Below, piece after piece: positions 16,764-26,795 of a stretch of 64,000 nucleotides of DNA. Where the stretch lies: the IMG/VR virus record IMGVR_UViG_3300020048_003650, positions 1 to 64,000 of that record, one strand, 5' to 3'. Both the position numbers and the translations under genes were made by a program. The stretch comes from a virus. The stretch's first letter is position 1, and each line of letters opens with the position of its first letter. Below the pieces are notes generated by a model. That model made no database searches, was not told the origin of the DNA, and saw nothing but the letters and a program-made list of their open reading frames with translations.

Positions 16764-17604
16764 ATTAACTGATTTAATTTGTTATAAGGACGGCGGTTAT
16801 TCACCTTTACTGGAATCCGGACCGTCGTTGATGGATTTCGGATTCATTCACTCCGATGCCACCTATGATGTAATGACTATTAAAAATGGAAAATTCTTTT
16901 TATCTGATCTACATCTGGATAGATTTCAAAGTAGCGCAGGCTTCTATGGATTAAAGGTACCGGAATCAACTGAGATACTAGATATTTGTAGACAAGTATG
17001 TGAGATAAACAATATTAGTGATGGTTTTGTTTGGTTAATATCGTGGCGAGGTACTCCATCAGACGGGAATCCAAGAAATTTCAGCGACTGTCCACATCAT
17101 TTTGTCGTTTATGCTAAACCGTATTACAATTTTAATAGTTCTAACTCTGCCAGAGTTGCTCTTTACAAGGATCATGTGAGAGTGCCAGACGAGTGTTTTG
17201 GCCAACAATACAAAAATTTTGCCTGGCAGGACCTTACTCTAGCTCAGAGATACGCCCACCACCGAGGATATGATACCGCTATTTTATGTAATCACCATGG
17301 TAATATAACCGAAGGACCAGGATTTGCCGTTGGCTTTGTTATTAATAATATCGTTACTATTCCTAATAAGGATGTGTTACACAGTGTAACCATGAGTTGT
17401 TTGAAACAAATATGTAGTAATCACCAAATATTCGTTGCTGAAAGAAATATTTCCTGGCAAGAAAGTCTACTGTGTGATGGAATGTTTTTGGCTAGTACCA
17501 GTGGCGGATTCATTCCAGTGATAGAATACGAAGATAGAAAATTACCACACCATAAAATCATACAAATATTACAAGATGAATATAGACTTTTACAAAATTC
17601 TTAA
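16756..17604 (+). CDS. class IV PLP-dependent aminotransferase
   Basis: DFGFIHSDATYDV, HLDRF, catalytic K in YKNF, TEGPG, ASTSGG. Confidence 0.88.
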   Translation: MSKLTDLICYKDGGYSPLLESGPSLMDFGFIHSDATYDVMTIKNGKFFLSDLHLDRFQSSAGFYGLKVPESTEILDICRQVCEINNISDGFVWLISWRGTPSDGNPRNFSDCPHHFVVYAKPYYNFNSSNSARVALYKDHVRVPDECFGQQYKNFAWQDLTLAQRYAHHRGYDTAILCNHHGNITEGPGFAVGFVINNIVTIPNKDVLHSVTMSCLKQICSNHQIFVAERNISWQESLLCDGMFLASTSGGFIPVIEYEDRKLPHHKIIQILQDEYRLLQNS

Positions 17605-18274
17605 TCACGGTGTTTCCATCACTAGTAGCGGAACAACCGGTGATCCCAAGACTATTTTCAGAACACCCCATAATCTACTGGCGTGTATCCGAGTCTCTCT
17701 GGAGGCACAGGAAATAAGTAAAAAATCAAAAATTTTAACAGTAACTAGAATGACTCACGCCGGTGGCTTATTAGCCCAGAGTTTGCCTGGATACTACATT
17801 GGATGTGATCTTGATATTAAGGTTTTTAATGCCTATACTTTTTTAAAGAATTTTGAAAATTACACCCATACATTTTTAACACCACAACAGATGTGGGCAG
17901 TAACTAACACAAAAAATTTCAACGAGTGTGATTTGACAGGCAAGTGGGTCCTAGGTGGCAGTGATCCAGTATCCTGGGATTTAATAGAAAAATTTGTTCG
18001 TCGTGGCGCAATAGTTCAACCAAACTGGGGAATGAGCGAAGTAGGTCCAATCGCTATTAATAAAATATATAAAGATACGGATCAAATATCAGAGGATAAA
18101 CAAAAGTCAGTTAATGGAACTGTTCTAGGCAATAAATTTTGGTGTGATTGGAAAATGATAAACAATGTACTTTGGGTAAAAGGTGATATTGTTTATCAAG
18201 ATGACTGGTTAATGACGAATGATCTGGTTGAACAGATTGGCGATGATATGTTCTATCTAGGTAGGAATTCCTAG
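17576..18274 (+). CDS. minimal ANL adenylate-forming (AMP-binding) enzyme
   Basis: TSSGTTGDPK, WGMSE, TNDL, GR; only 232 aa. Confidence 0.75.
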   Translation: MNIDFYKILNHGVSITSSGTTGDPKTIFRTPHNLLACIRVSLEAQEISKKSKILTVTRMTHAGGLLAQSLPGYYIGCDLDIKVFNAYTFLKNFENYTHTFLTPQQMWAVTNTKNFNECDLTGKWVLGGSDPVSWDLIEKFVRRGAIVQPNWGMSEVGPIAINKIYKDTDQISEDKQKSVNGTVLGNKFWCDWKMINNVLWVKGDIVYQDDWLMTNDLVEQIGDDMFYLGRNS

Positions 18275-18289
18275 ATAGAACACTACCGA

Positions 18290-18898
18290 TTAGATAGCCG
18301 GATCGTAAATAGCAAGTTCACAAATATCAACCAAATCTCTTATGTGAGTATCGTTAAAATCACTGATAACAGTGTTGTTGTCTGCGTCAATCCAGGCTAA
18401 TTCATTTGAAAACTTCGTACCAAGACTCTGATAACTTATATTTTTAGAGGTCATAAAGTCTGTCAGTTGTGTTTTTATTGTCTCGTTCATTAAATGAATA
18501 TCTTCTCTTGGAATTCCTGTTTTTTTACTCAGAGCCAGAATTTTTTTATTTTCAACGACTTCTTGAACTTCTCCGGAGTATTTAAAACGAGAAATATATA
18601 CAGTGGCGCTTGGATATTGAGCAGCTATCTCAGAAACATACAATGATAGACCTGTGCCAATAAAAATATATTCGTCAGCGTCTGGATTCTCATCGATTAT
18701 TTGTTGAATTTTACTCACACAGCCTTCCGATGTGATCTGATCAAGTGAAGTGACACTGAAAATCCTTCCTACGTTTTCGGTTCTGCCAATTGTTGCCGGT
18801 GGTCGTACGACCTTTGATAGTTCAAGTTGTTCTCTGATCAAATCAGAAATTAGTTGATGATGTCCAGCTATTGGCGATGCAAATATACTAATATTCAT
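18290..18898 (-). CDS. hypothetical protein
   Basis: 202 aa with AAGGA RBS and late motif. Confidence 0.7.
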   Translation of the reverse strand: MNISIFASPIAGHHQLISDLIREQLELSKVVRPPATIGRTENVGRIFSVTSLDQITSEGCVSKIQQIIDENPDADEYIFIGTGLSLYVSEIAAQYPSATVYISRFKYSGEVQEVVENKKILALSKKTGIPREDIHLMNETIKTQLTDFMTSKNISYQSLGTKFSNELAWIDADNNTVISDFNDTHIRDLVDICELAIYDPAI

Positions 18899-19025
18899 TT
18901 TGTTTTCCTTAGAGTTAAGTTATATAATCTATTTATCTAAAATTCTAAATACAGAAAGATTAACTAAAATTCCTTCAAAAAATCGATAGATAAATATCTT
19001 AGATATTAAATGGTAAAATCATCAA

Positions 19026-20174
19026 ATGTATACAACAATCGAGAGAGTTCACTTAGAAGTTACCTCACTATGCAATGCCAGATGTCCACAATGCATGCGC
19101 AATTTTCGAGGAACAGAGCATCTAAAGCCAGGAGTACAGGAAACCGAAATGTCAGTTGAAACTATCAGCAAAATATTCCAGGATGAAAACTTCAAGGATT
19201 TAAAATCAATTTTAATCAATGGTAATTACGGCGATATCATAATGCACTCAGATCCATTGGCAGTTGTACAATTTTTAAGAGTGAAATATCCTACTGTCAG
19301 AATATTCATTCATACCAATGGCGGAGCACTCAAGGAGTCATTCTGGTCCGATCTAGCCAAACTTGATCCTATTGTGGAATTTGGAATAGATGGTCTAGAG
19401 GACACCCATCATTTGTATCGAAGAAATACAAATTTTAAAACCGTCATCAAGAATGCAACCGCTTTTATTGCCTCGGGCGGATCAGCTGAGTGGGTAATGA
19501 ATGTATTTAAACATAATCAACACCAAATTGAAAGTTGCAGGGCAATGTCACAGGAATTAGGATTCAGTAAATTTACGCATAGAATCAGTACCCGGGGACT
19601 TCCAGAAAACGCCACAATAGTATTTGACAAAGAATTAAATCTGGACTATTTACTGGAGGTATCAGATTTATTACCGGATAACACGATAGAAATAAAACCA
19701 GTTGAGTTTTACGTAAAAAAATCTTCTAGAATGAGAGAGAAATTTTTAAAGACTAGAAACCTATCGACTGACAACATTATTAATCCTACGTTAAAAATCA
19801 ACTGGATTGAACGGAATTCTGAGAAATTATCGCTGCCTGTTCATTGTAAAGCATCTGACGTCGGTGAGGTATATATTTCCGCACAGGGCATGATATATCC
19901 TTGCTGTTGGCTCGGAATACAGAGGGCCGATGGTCATGCTCACTATTATCATGACTTTGTATCTATGTTAGAAAAAAATGGTGTTAGTCCAGACGATTTC
20001 GACTTGAATAAACGTACATTAACAGAAGTTTTAAACGGTGAGTATTTCAGTACCATCTCTAGATCATTTACAAATAATGATCGCTTGATGAAGTGCTCCG
20101 AGGTATGCACTTCATCAAGTTATTACGATAAGATGCTTTTATCTAAGTTAGAGAATATTGACCGAACGACATGA
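19026..20174 (+). CDS. radical SAM protein with SPASM/twitch domain
   Basis: CNARCPQC; C-terminal YPCC and C..VC. Confidence 0.9.
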   Translation: MYTTIERVHLEVTSLCNARCPQCMRNFRGTEHLKPGVQETEMSVETISKIFQDENFKDLKSILINGNYGDIIMHSDPLAVVQFLRVKYPTVRIFIHTNGGALKESFWSDLAKLDPIVEFGIDGLEDTHHLYRRNTNFKTVIKNATAFIASGGSAEWVMNVFKHNQHQIESCRAMSQELGFSKFTHRISTRGLPENATIVFDKELNLDYLLEVSDLLPDNTIEIKPVEFYVKKSSRMREKFLKTRNLSTDNIINPTLKINWIERNSEKLSLPVHCKASDVGEVYISAQGMIYPCCWLGIQRADGHAHYYHDFVSMLEKNGVSPDDFDLNKRTLTEVLNGEYFSTISRSFTNNDRLMKCSEVCTSSSYYDKMLLSKLENIDRTT

Positions 20175-21367
20175 GTTGACATGATGTCAAAAAATTGATT
20201 CTTGTCCGATGATTTTGGAGTACATACCCCACAGTTGCAAATTTTATTTGGGCACACAATAACAGGCATGGTTTTATTTGTTAGATTAGTTCGTAGTTCG
20301 GTGATTATTTTTTCACTGTCAGTAATTGTGCCGATAGGACCTCTTGTGCCATCAAATTTAGCCTGGCATGTTTGATGATGATAGACTAGATCCAGCTGTT
20401 GATCGATAGCCATAAAATACCAGTTGACTCCACAGTGCCAGTCTTTGAAACGAGTGCTTTCAATAAATTTTACCGGCTGTTCAATACCGTCTTTGTAAGT
20501 ACACATTGTTTTGCCGCCACAACACATACGTCCTAGTTTTCTAGCACTTTCGTCTCCTGCTTGAGTGGAACAAGTATCCTTGTTTTTAATTACTTCTTCT
20601 TGATTTACTTTGGCATTTTTTTCTGCCCAAAAATTTTTTAACCAATCCTCTTGATGTTTCGTGTAAACATGTGTTCCGTAGTCGCCTTTTGTTTTCTTGG
20701 TTTCTTTGTCTCCTATAATCCTAGGAGTGTAATTAATTCCTAGACCTTTAAATTCTTCCATTAAATCAATGCATTCTTGAAAATATTCGGGCGCAGCGTG
20801 CATCATGACATTGACACTAATGGTGAAGTTTTTTTCGTGTAGATACTTTATGTTCTCCACTACCTTCTTTTTCATTCTAGGATCTGCTTCAGTATGATAA
20901 CTAATCACTCCCCTATTGGTGTATTGTATTAGATTGTCTGCCATTTTTTTACTAAAAGTACCATTGCTAGTCCAACTTAAAGTTAATTTATATAAATCTT
21001 TAAAGTTGCCCTCATGAGTTTCCCTAATCAGTTTACAAAGATCGATAAATTTAGGATTAACAGTCGGCTCTCCTCCAGTAAAAACACAACTGGCTCCCCG
21101 CTCAGCCGGGTTTTTATTCTTCATTATTAATTCAAGATATTCAAAGACAAAGTTGCTGGTCTTAGATAGTGTTTGCCAATCAATGTGAGGTGCCCGGAGA
21201 TCGTGTCTGGTCGGCCCACAGTAAGTACAGTCATAGTTACAACGTTTACCTATTTCCCATATTAATAGAAAATTCGTATTCGGTGGTTTAATATCAATTG
21301 CATCAAACGTGGTAGTATTTTCGTAATCGTTTGTATTTCTAACTAGGTTAATTATTTGTTGGGTCAT
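20123..21367 (-). CDS. radical SAM protein
   Basis: CNYDCTYC, TGGEP, Cys-rich C-terminus. Confidence 0.9.
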   Translation of the reverse strand: MTQQIINLVRNTNDYENTTTFDAIDIKPPNTNFLLIWEIGKRCNYDCTYCGPTRHDLRAPHIDWQTLSKTSNFVFEYLELIMKNKNPAERGASCVFTGGEPTVNPKFIDLCKLIRETHEGNFKDLYKLTLSWTSNGTFSKKMADNLIQYTNRGVISYHTEADPRMKKKVVENIKYLHEKNFTISVNVMMHAAPEYFQECIDLMEEFKGLGINYTPRIIGDKETKKTKGDYGTHVYTKHQEDWLKNFWAEKNAKVNQEEVIKNKDTCSTQAGDESARKLGRMCCGGKTMCTYKDGIEQPVKFIESTRFKDWHCGVNWYFMAIDQQLDLVYHHQTCQAKFDGTRGPIGTITDSEKIITELRTNLTNKTMPVIVCPNKICNCGVCTPKSSDKNQFFDIMSTHVVRSIFSNLDKSILS

Positions 21368-22236
21368 ATGTACACTCTGTTAATTTTATCAAATTTAGCT
21401 ATTGCCAAAACTATTTCTTCTGGGTCACGATCTGTTACTAGCCTGGCAACTGGAATATGTCCTATTGATAAATGCTTATCATATTTAATAAATCCTAGTT
21501 CAGATAAAAATTCAGACTGTGTGTCCCACCAACGCCAAAATTCATTTATCTTATTTTTGTAGGTTGCATCCATAAAATAAATCATCATGTCGGCCGAATA
21601 CCATTTCAGTGGTCTTATGTTTTGGTCTCCTACAATCTGGTCTCGATCTTTGAATACGTCCCAGAGAGGTTTGCCTACTTCACAATAATTTACGTAAACT
21701 TCTCCAAACTTTATATCTAAGCTGAAATTATCGTAATCTTCGTCCGCCAGTTCATGTCTTTGCTTTTCGTTGAAAGTCAATACCATTCGAGGTTTTGCCT
21801 TCACGGCATTTAACTTGTCTTCTGTTCTGTGTATCAACACGTTATAATCTTCAATTGCCCGTTTAATGTTCAGCGGCGCCGTGGTATAATATTCTCCAGG
21901 ACTAAGAATTCCACCACGCATTTCTTCAAAATACTTGTGAAGTAAATTTAATAGTGGTTGATTTATTGTTGTATTGATTTGTTCTGATTCTGGTATATAA
22001 AATTTATACTCGTTGATAATATCTGCTCGTTTCTTAAGTTCCTTAACAATATTCTCTAGACTCCAAAAATCGTTTGGGAAATGATAAAGTCTGTTGTTTT
22101 CTTTTAGATTTGAGTTTCGCCGTAATTGTTCGGTCAGCTCCTGATACCATTTTTTTGCTGTACTGCTGGTATATGATTGAAATTTTAAAGTCAGTGTTTC
22201 CGTTTGATTTTTGAATTCAACATAAAAATGGGTCAT
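21364..22236 (-). CDS. hypothetical protein
   Basis: 290-aa ORF coupled to the radical SAM gene. Confidence 0.75.
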   Translation of the reverse strand: MTHFYVEFKNQTETLTLKFQSYTSSTAKKWYQELTEQLRRNSNLKENNRLYHFPNDFWSLENIVKELKKRADIINEYKFYIPESEQINTTINQPLLNLLHKYFEEMRGGILSPGEYYTTAPLNIKRAIEDYNVLIHRTEDKLNAVKAKPRMVLTFNEKQRHELADEDYDNFSLDIKFGEVYVNYCEVGKPLWDVFKDRDQIVGDQNIRPLKWYSADMMIYFMDATYKNKINEFWRWWDTQSEFLSELGFIKYDKHLSIGHIPVARLVTDRDPEEIVLAIAKFDKINRVYI

Positions 22237-22237
22237 G

Positions 22238-22879
22238 TTACTTGATTCCTATTGCCATGTATCTACTATATTTTGGTAATACCAGTTCTCCGCTATACAG
22301 TAGTTGAGTCATGTGTACTTTATCCACGAATTTTTCTAGAGACTCAAAACAATTAACATGTTCTTCTATCTCAAAATAGTTGTTAGATTGAAGAACTACC
22401 AATTTGCCAGCTGGGATAAGACTGTACCAATCATCGAAGTTCTCAATATGTTCACAACTGGTGTTTATAATAGTATTTGGTCGATCGTTTATTACATTCG
22501 ATAATCTATTTTTTGAGTTACTCCATGCTTGCCATCTGTGATTTTCGTAATTTATATCCATAATATTCTGAGTAACGGATTTAAAACGCCAGCCATCTAT
22601 TACCCACGGAATATTAATTGTGTCAGCTATCTCAGAACAGGTTGGATCAATATCAAAACTACGTATTTTATCTACTCGTAGACCGTTTTCAAACATCAGT
22701 GTTGCGAGTGAGCCGTACCAACCCGCGCAAATAAATACAGTGCCTAGATTCAAGTCCAGTTCAGATAATTGCTCCACTAGCCATTGCTTGCTATCTAGTT
22801 GTCCACTACTCAGAAAGTCTGGGTTGAAGTTTGGCATATTGACAATCTTATAGATTGATTTGAGTAGTTGACTTATCAT
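22238..22879 (-). CDS. SAM-dependent methyltransferase-like protein
   Basis: ICAGWYG, SFDIDP, INTSCEH, LQSNN. Confidence 0.7.
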   Translation of the reverse strand: MISQLLKSIYKIVNMPNFNPDFLSSGQLDSKQWLVEQLSELDLNLGTVFICAGWYGSLATLMFENGLRVDKIRSFDIDPTCSEIADTINIPWVIDGWRFKSVTQNIMDINYENHRWQAWSNSKNRLSNVINDRPNTIINTSCEHIENFDDWYSLIPAGKLVVLQSNNYFEIEEHVNCFESLEKFVDKVHMTQLLYSGELVLPKYSRYMAIGIK

Positions 22880-22990
22880 AATAATATTTATGAGGTTACC
22901 AGGGATCCAAAAAAAATAAAATCAATCAACCAAAAATACTTGACTATTAATAACATATAGTACAATAGCTTATTATCACAAGGAATCATC

Positions 22991-23116
22991 ATGACTAACA
23001 GTCCAACCGTATTTGAACAGGTTATTATTCTAGCTCAGAGAACCCCTGAGCTACGAGATCAACGCTATGGCACAATGGCAACAGGAGTGTTTACTCCGAC
23101 GGCCTGGTGGAAATAG
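22991..23116 (+). pseudogene. truncated paralog of the omega-like gene 26796-27047
   Basis: FEQVIILAQRTPELRDQRYG vs FEQVIIMAQRTRELRDQRYG; stops after 41 aa. Confidence 0.7.
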
Positions 23117-23202
23117 AAACCGTAGGTGTCCGTACTATCCGTTTGGACGTAAACACTGAATGGTGGTACGGTCCACATGAAGAGGACAAATTTGGTGATG
23201 TT

Positions 23203-23385
23203 CGGGCAGTTTTTATCGGTTGATTCTTAAATATTGATCGCTATCTTTGCATCTGATTATTGAATGACTAAATATCACTGTGAATCTACTGGGATATTAA
23301 AATGACTGATGATTGGAAGAAGAAAATAAACCAGATACAAAAGAATAAGTTCTTTTGTCCAAGGCCATTTGTAGAAATAATCAGT
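23203..23385 (+). repeat. ~183-bp direct repeat, copy 1
   Basis: near-identical to 24648-24830; covers the late promoter and the first 28 codons. Confidence 0.9.
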
Positions 23386-24603
23386 AACAACAAAGAAAAA
23401 TATGGTCCTTGTTGTTACAGCAACGCAGGCATGCCCAGTAATCAAGGGTTGGACGATCAAAGACCCTTTGATTGGTTCGCTCAAGGGGATGATCTACAAG
23501 CACTGCGAGCCGTGATGTTGGGCAAGCAGGATAATCCCGGGTTATTGGATCAAGTCTGTGGCTTTTGTCGAGTTCGCGAAGCTCAAAACATAACCAGCCC
23601 TAGACAAACATATATCGAGCGTTTTCTTAGAAATTTGGTTGAAGGTGAGCAGTGGAGTGATGCCGACATGGCACTGATCACTGAGCGTATAGTCACTTGG
23701 TCCGGGCATGAGCCCTGGACTACCGATCTCGGCACCGTGGCTGTGCGTATGCGCTTGTTTGGCAACTACTGCAACCTACGTTGTGTTAGTTGCGGACCCA
23801 ACAGCAGCAGCCAAATACAAACAGAATATAAGAAGATTATTAAACTAGAACCCGGATCTAGGCTCAGAGCCATGGGCATTGTTGATCAATCAAACCTGAA
23901 AATTTCCGGGCTTGTCCAAGCACAACAGAACGTCATCGACAACATTGACAAGGTTCGTAGCATACTATTGATAGGGGGTGAGCCCTTGTTGACTCCGGGG
24001 CATTTTGAATGGCTGGATAAAATTGTGGCTTCGGGGCATGCCGGCAGAATAGAACTTAGATATCAAACCAATCTAACAGAGATGCATAGATATGCCAATC
24101 GTATATTTCAGTATAAGCAACATTTCCAACGTATATTCTTTATTGGCAGTATAGACAGCTTTGAACACAGAAACGACTATGTACGTTGGGGTAGTACATG
24201 GAGTAAACTGATGGAAAATATAGGCCTGGTGCAGACACAGGGTTTGGGTTTAACCATTAACATCACAACCACTTGGCTCACATCTCTATGGGTAGGGCCC
24301 TTATGGGATCATTTGCATAGAACTTTCGGTATCGACGCTGAGATCAACGGCAGCGTGGTCAATAGACCCACACATCTTAGACCCAGGCACCTGCCCCAGG
24401 AGTTCAAAGAAACTGCCCTCAATCATCTTGAGTATTATGTCAAGGATCCTCTACGCTATCAAGTATTGGCCCAGGAGTTGGCGCATCCTCAAGATCCCAG
24501 ATTGTTTAAACTGGGAATAGAATATTTAGAAACACTGGATCGCAGTAGAAAAGCCAATTGGTTAGCAGTGTTCCCGGAGTTTAAGCCCCATGCCCATAAA
24601 TAA
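23302..24603 (+). CDS. radical SAM protein with N-terminal twitch-like domain, copy A
   Basis: FCPRPF...PCC, CNLRCVSC, GGEP. Confidence 0.88.
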   Translation: MTDDWKKKINQIQKNKFFCPRPFVEIISNNKEKYGPCCYSNAGMPSNQGLDDQRPFDWFAQGDDLQALRAVMLGKQDNPGLLDQVCGFCRVREAQNITSPRQTYIERFLRNLVEGEQWSDADMALITERIVTWSGHEPWTTDLGTVAVRMRLFGNYCNLRCVSCGPNSSSQIQTEYKKIIKLEPGSRLRAMGIVDQSNLKISGLVQAQQNVIDNIDKVRSILLIGGEPLLTPGHFEWLDKIVASGHAGRIELRYQTNLTEMHRYANRIFQYKQHFQRIFFIGSIDSFEHRNDYVRWGSTWSKLMENIGLVQTQGLGLTINITTTWLTSLWVGPLWDHLHRTFGIDAEINGSVVNRPTHLRPRHLPQEFKETALNHLEYYVKDPLRYQVLAQELAHPQDPRLFKLGIEYLETLDRSRKANWLAVFPEFKPHAHK

Positions 24604-24647
24604 CATTATGAAAAATTTCTTACTTATACCATTGATTTTAGCACTCA

Positions 24648-24830
24648 CGGGCAGTTTTTATCGGTTGATTCTTAAATATTGATCGCTATTTTTGCATCTG
24701 ATTATTGAATGACTAAATATCTCAATGAGCCTACAGGGATATTAAAATGACTGATGATTGGAAGAAGAAAATAAACCAGATACAAAAGAATAAGTTCTTT
24801 TGTCCAAGGCCATTTGTAGAAATAATCAGT
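24648..24830 (+). repeat. ~183-bp direct repeat, copy 2
   Basis: offset of 1445 bp from copy 1. Confidence 0.9.
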
Positions 24831-26045
24831 GACACTAAAGAAATGTATGGTCCTTGTTGTTATAGTCGTATGCCCAGCCAAACATCGTTGGCTGATCGGC
24901 CACCGTTCGATTATTGGAGTTCCGATCAAGAATTTCAGAATCTTCGCAGACATATGTTAGGGCTATCAGATCATAGTGAAATTGTCAATAAGGCCTGTAA
25001 GTTGTGCTTAACTCGCGAATCACAGAATATACCAAGTCCCAGATTCACATACAATGACAGATTTTCAAAAGGGCATATTGAAGGACAGGACTGGAGCGAT
25101 GATGATATGAATCGTCTAGCAGATCAGATTCTACAATGGAACGGAGATTCTGATTGGAAGGCCATGGACCATTCAGTGGCCGTTCGAATGCGCCTATTTG
25201 GTAATTTCTGTAACCTACGTTGTGTTAGTTGTAGTCCATTGAATAGCAGTAGAATACAGTCAGAATATCAAAAAATAATTGACCTAGAACCAGAGAACAT
25301 GGAACTCACGTCAATGAAAATCATATCTGAGAAGGTAATTGACAATAGTAGTTTATTAGAAGCTCAACAGAATGTGATTGACAATATTAAATCAGTCAGG
25401 AGTATACTGTTGATAGGAGGCGAACCGCTGCTAACTCCCGGTCATTTTGACTGGTTGGATAAAATAGTGGCCTCAGGATATAGCGGTCAAATTAACTTGA
25501 GATATCAAACAAACCTGACAGAACTGCACAGATACGCCGAGAGAATATTTGACTACAAACAACATTTTGATGGCATATACTTTATTGGCAGCGTTGATTG
25601 TATTGGACAAAGAAACGATTATGTTCGTTGGGGAAGTTCCTGGAATCAAATACAAAAAAATATTGATACTGTTTTTTCGCACGGTATCGATATCACTATA
25701 AACATTACTACTACATGGTTGACAGCGCCATGGGTTGGCGAACTATGGCATGAGATATATAAACGCTGGGGTATCAAAGCTATAATTAATGGCAGTGTAG
25801 TCAGTAGTCCTTATCACTTGAGTCCTAGGCATTTGCCTCAGGACCTAAAAGAAAAAACAATAGAAAGTTTAAAACGCTACGTTGATAGTCCTGAAAGATA
25901 TAGTGTGCTAATAGCGGAACTATCTCGGCCACAAGATAACGAACAGTTTAAGTTGGGTCACCGATTCCTAGAAACATTAGATCGTAATAGAAAAACTGAT
26001 TGGTTAGAGTTTTTTCCTGAATTCAGGCCGTACATAGATAGATAG
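24747..26045 (+). CDS. radical SAM protein, copy B (tandem paralog)
   Basis: same motifs as 23302-24603. Confidence 0.88.
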   Translation: MTDDWKKKINQIQKNKFFCPRPFVEIISDTKEMYGPCCYSRMPSQTSLADRPPFDYWSSDQEFQNLRRHMLGLSDHSEIVNKACKLCLTRESQNIPSPRFTYNDRFSKGHIEGQDWSDDDMNRLADQILQWNGDSDWKAMDHSVAVRMRLFGNFCNLRCVSCSPLNSSRIQSEYQKIIDLEPENMELTSMKIISEKVIDNSSLLEAQQNVIDNIKSVRSILLIGGEPLLTPGHFDWLDKIVASGYSGQINLRYQTNLTELHRYAERIFDYKQHFDGIYFIGSVDCIGQRNDYVRWGSSWNQIQKNIDTVFSHGIDITINITTTWLTAPWVGELWHEIYKRWGIKAIINGSVVSSPYHLSPRHLPQDLKEKTIESLKRYVDSPERYSVLIAELSRPQDNEQFKLGHRFLETLDRNRKTDWLEFFPEFRPYIDR

Positions 26046-26139
26046 ATGTTGTATTAATACAACAACCCAGCACATCTCCAGATGGAATACTGTGCATGTG
26101 TATCCAGGGCATGATACAGAATGTTTTTCTACTATTCAT
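26023..26139 (-). pseudogene. N-terminal fragment of a twitch-domain radical SAM gene
   Basis: MNSRKTFCIMPWIHMHSIPSGDVLGCC, then runs into the promoter palindrome; late TAAATA upstream. Confidence 0.65.
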
Positions 26140-26213
26140 GTCAATATTTAGTTGATAAAATGTTATCCAAAATATTTGACTTGTATTAAATAACAGCGTA
26201 TAATAGAGATATT

Positions 26214-26756
26214 ATGAGTAAAAAAATTAGTTTAAGTCCAGAACGCGGCAGTTTTCAACGACAAGCGGCGAAGTTACGCGCCCTGAGTGCCGAAGACGAT
26301 GTTATAAATATTGCTAATGACGGCGTGGACTTTGATGTGATTTACAAGTCAGTTGAACAACTACGATTAGAACAGGAACAGGACCCAGAGTGGCAGAAAA
26401 ATAACTTAGAATGGGATTTACGTACTACCGATTGGATTTTGGATAAGGTACGTATTAATGAAATCTATGCTCAACACTTATATGCTGCCCTGTGTAATAA
26501 TATGTTCTGTAAAATGGATTCATTTCGTTTACTACGGGAAGAGTACTGGCACTGTAGCTGGCGTAGCGCAGGAGGTATATTATCTGATATGAGAATGGAG
26601 GGTGATTATATTGACTGGTATTGTAGTGGAATTAAAAATGATGATTATCAACGAGAATTCGATTCCGCCAGACCATGCGCTACTGTGACTGAGGGAACGG
26701 TTACTGATGAAGTTAAACAGGACTTGGCCAAACTAGGCTGGGTTGTTATTAATTAA
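26214..26756 (+). CDS. hypothetical phage protein
   Basis: YAALCNN, SWRSAGG, YIDWYCSG. Confidence 0.75.
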   Translation: MSKKISLSPERGSFQRQAAKLRALSAEDDVINIANDGVDFDVIYKSVEQLRLEQEQDPEWQKNNLEWDLRTTDWILDKVRINEIYAQHLYAALCNNMFCKMDSFRLLREEYWHCSWRSAGGILSDMRMEGDYIDWYCSGIKNDDYQREFDSARPCATVTEGTVTDEVKQDLAKLGWVVIN

Positions 26757-26795
26757 ATATTTACACAATTTATTTACACATTTATAGGATTAAAC

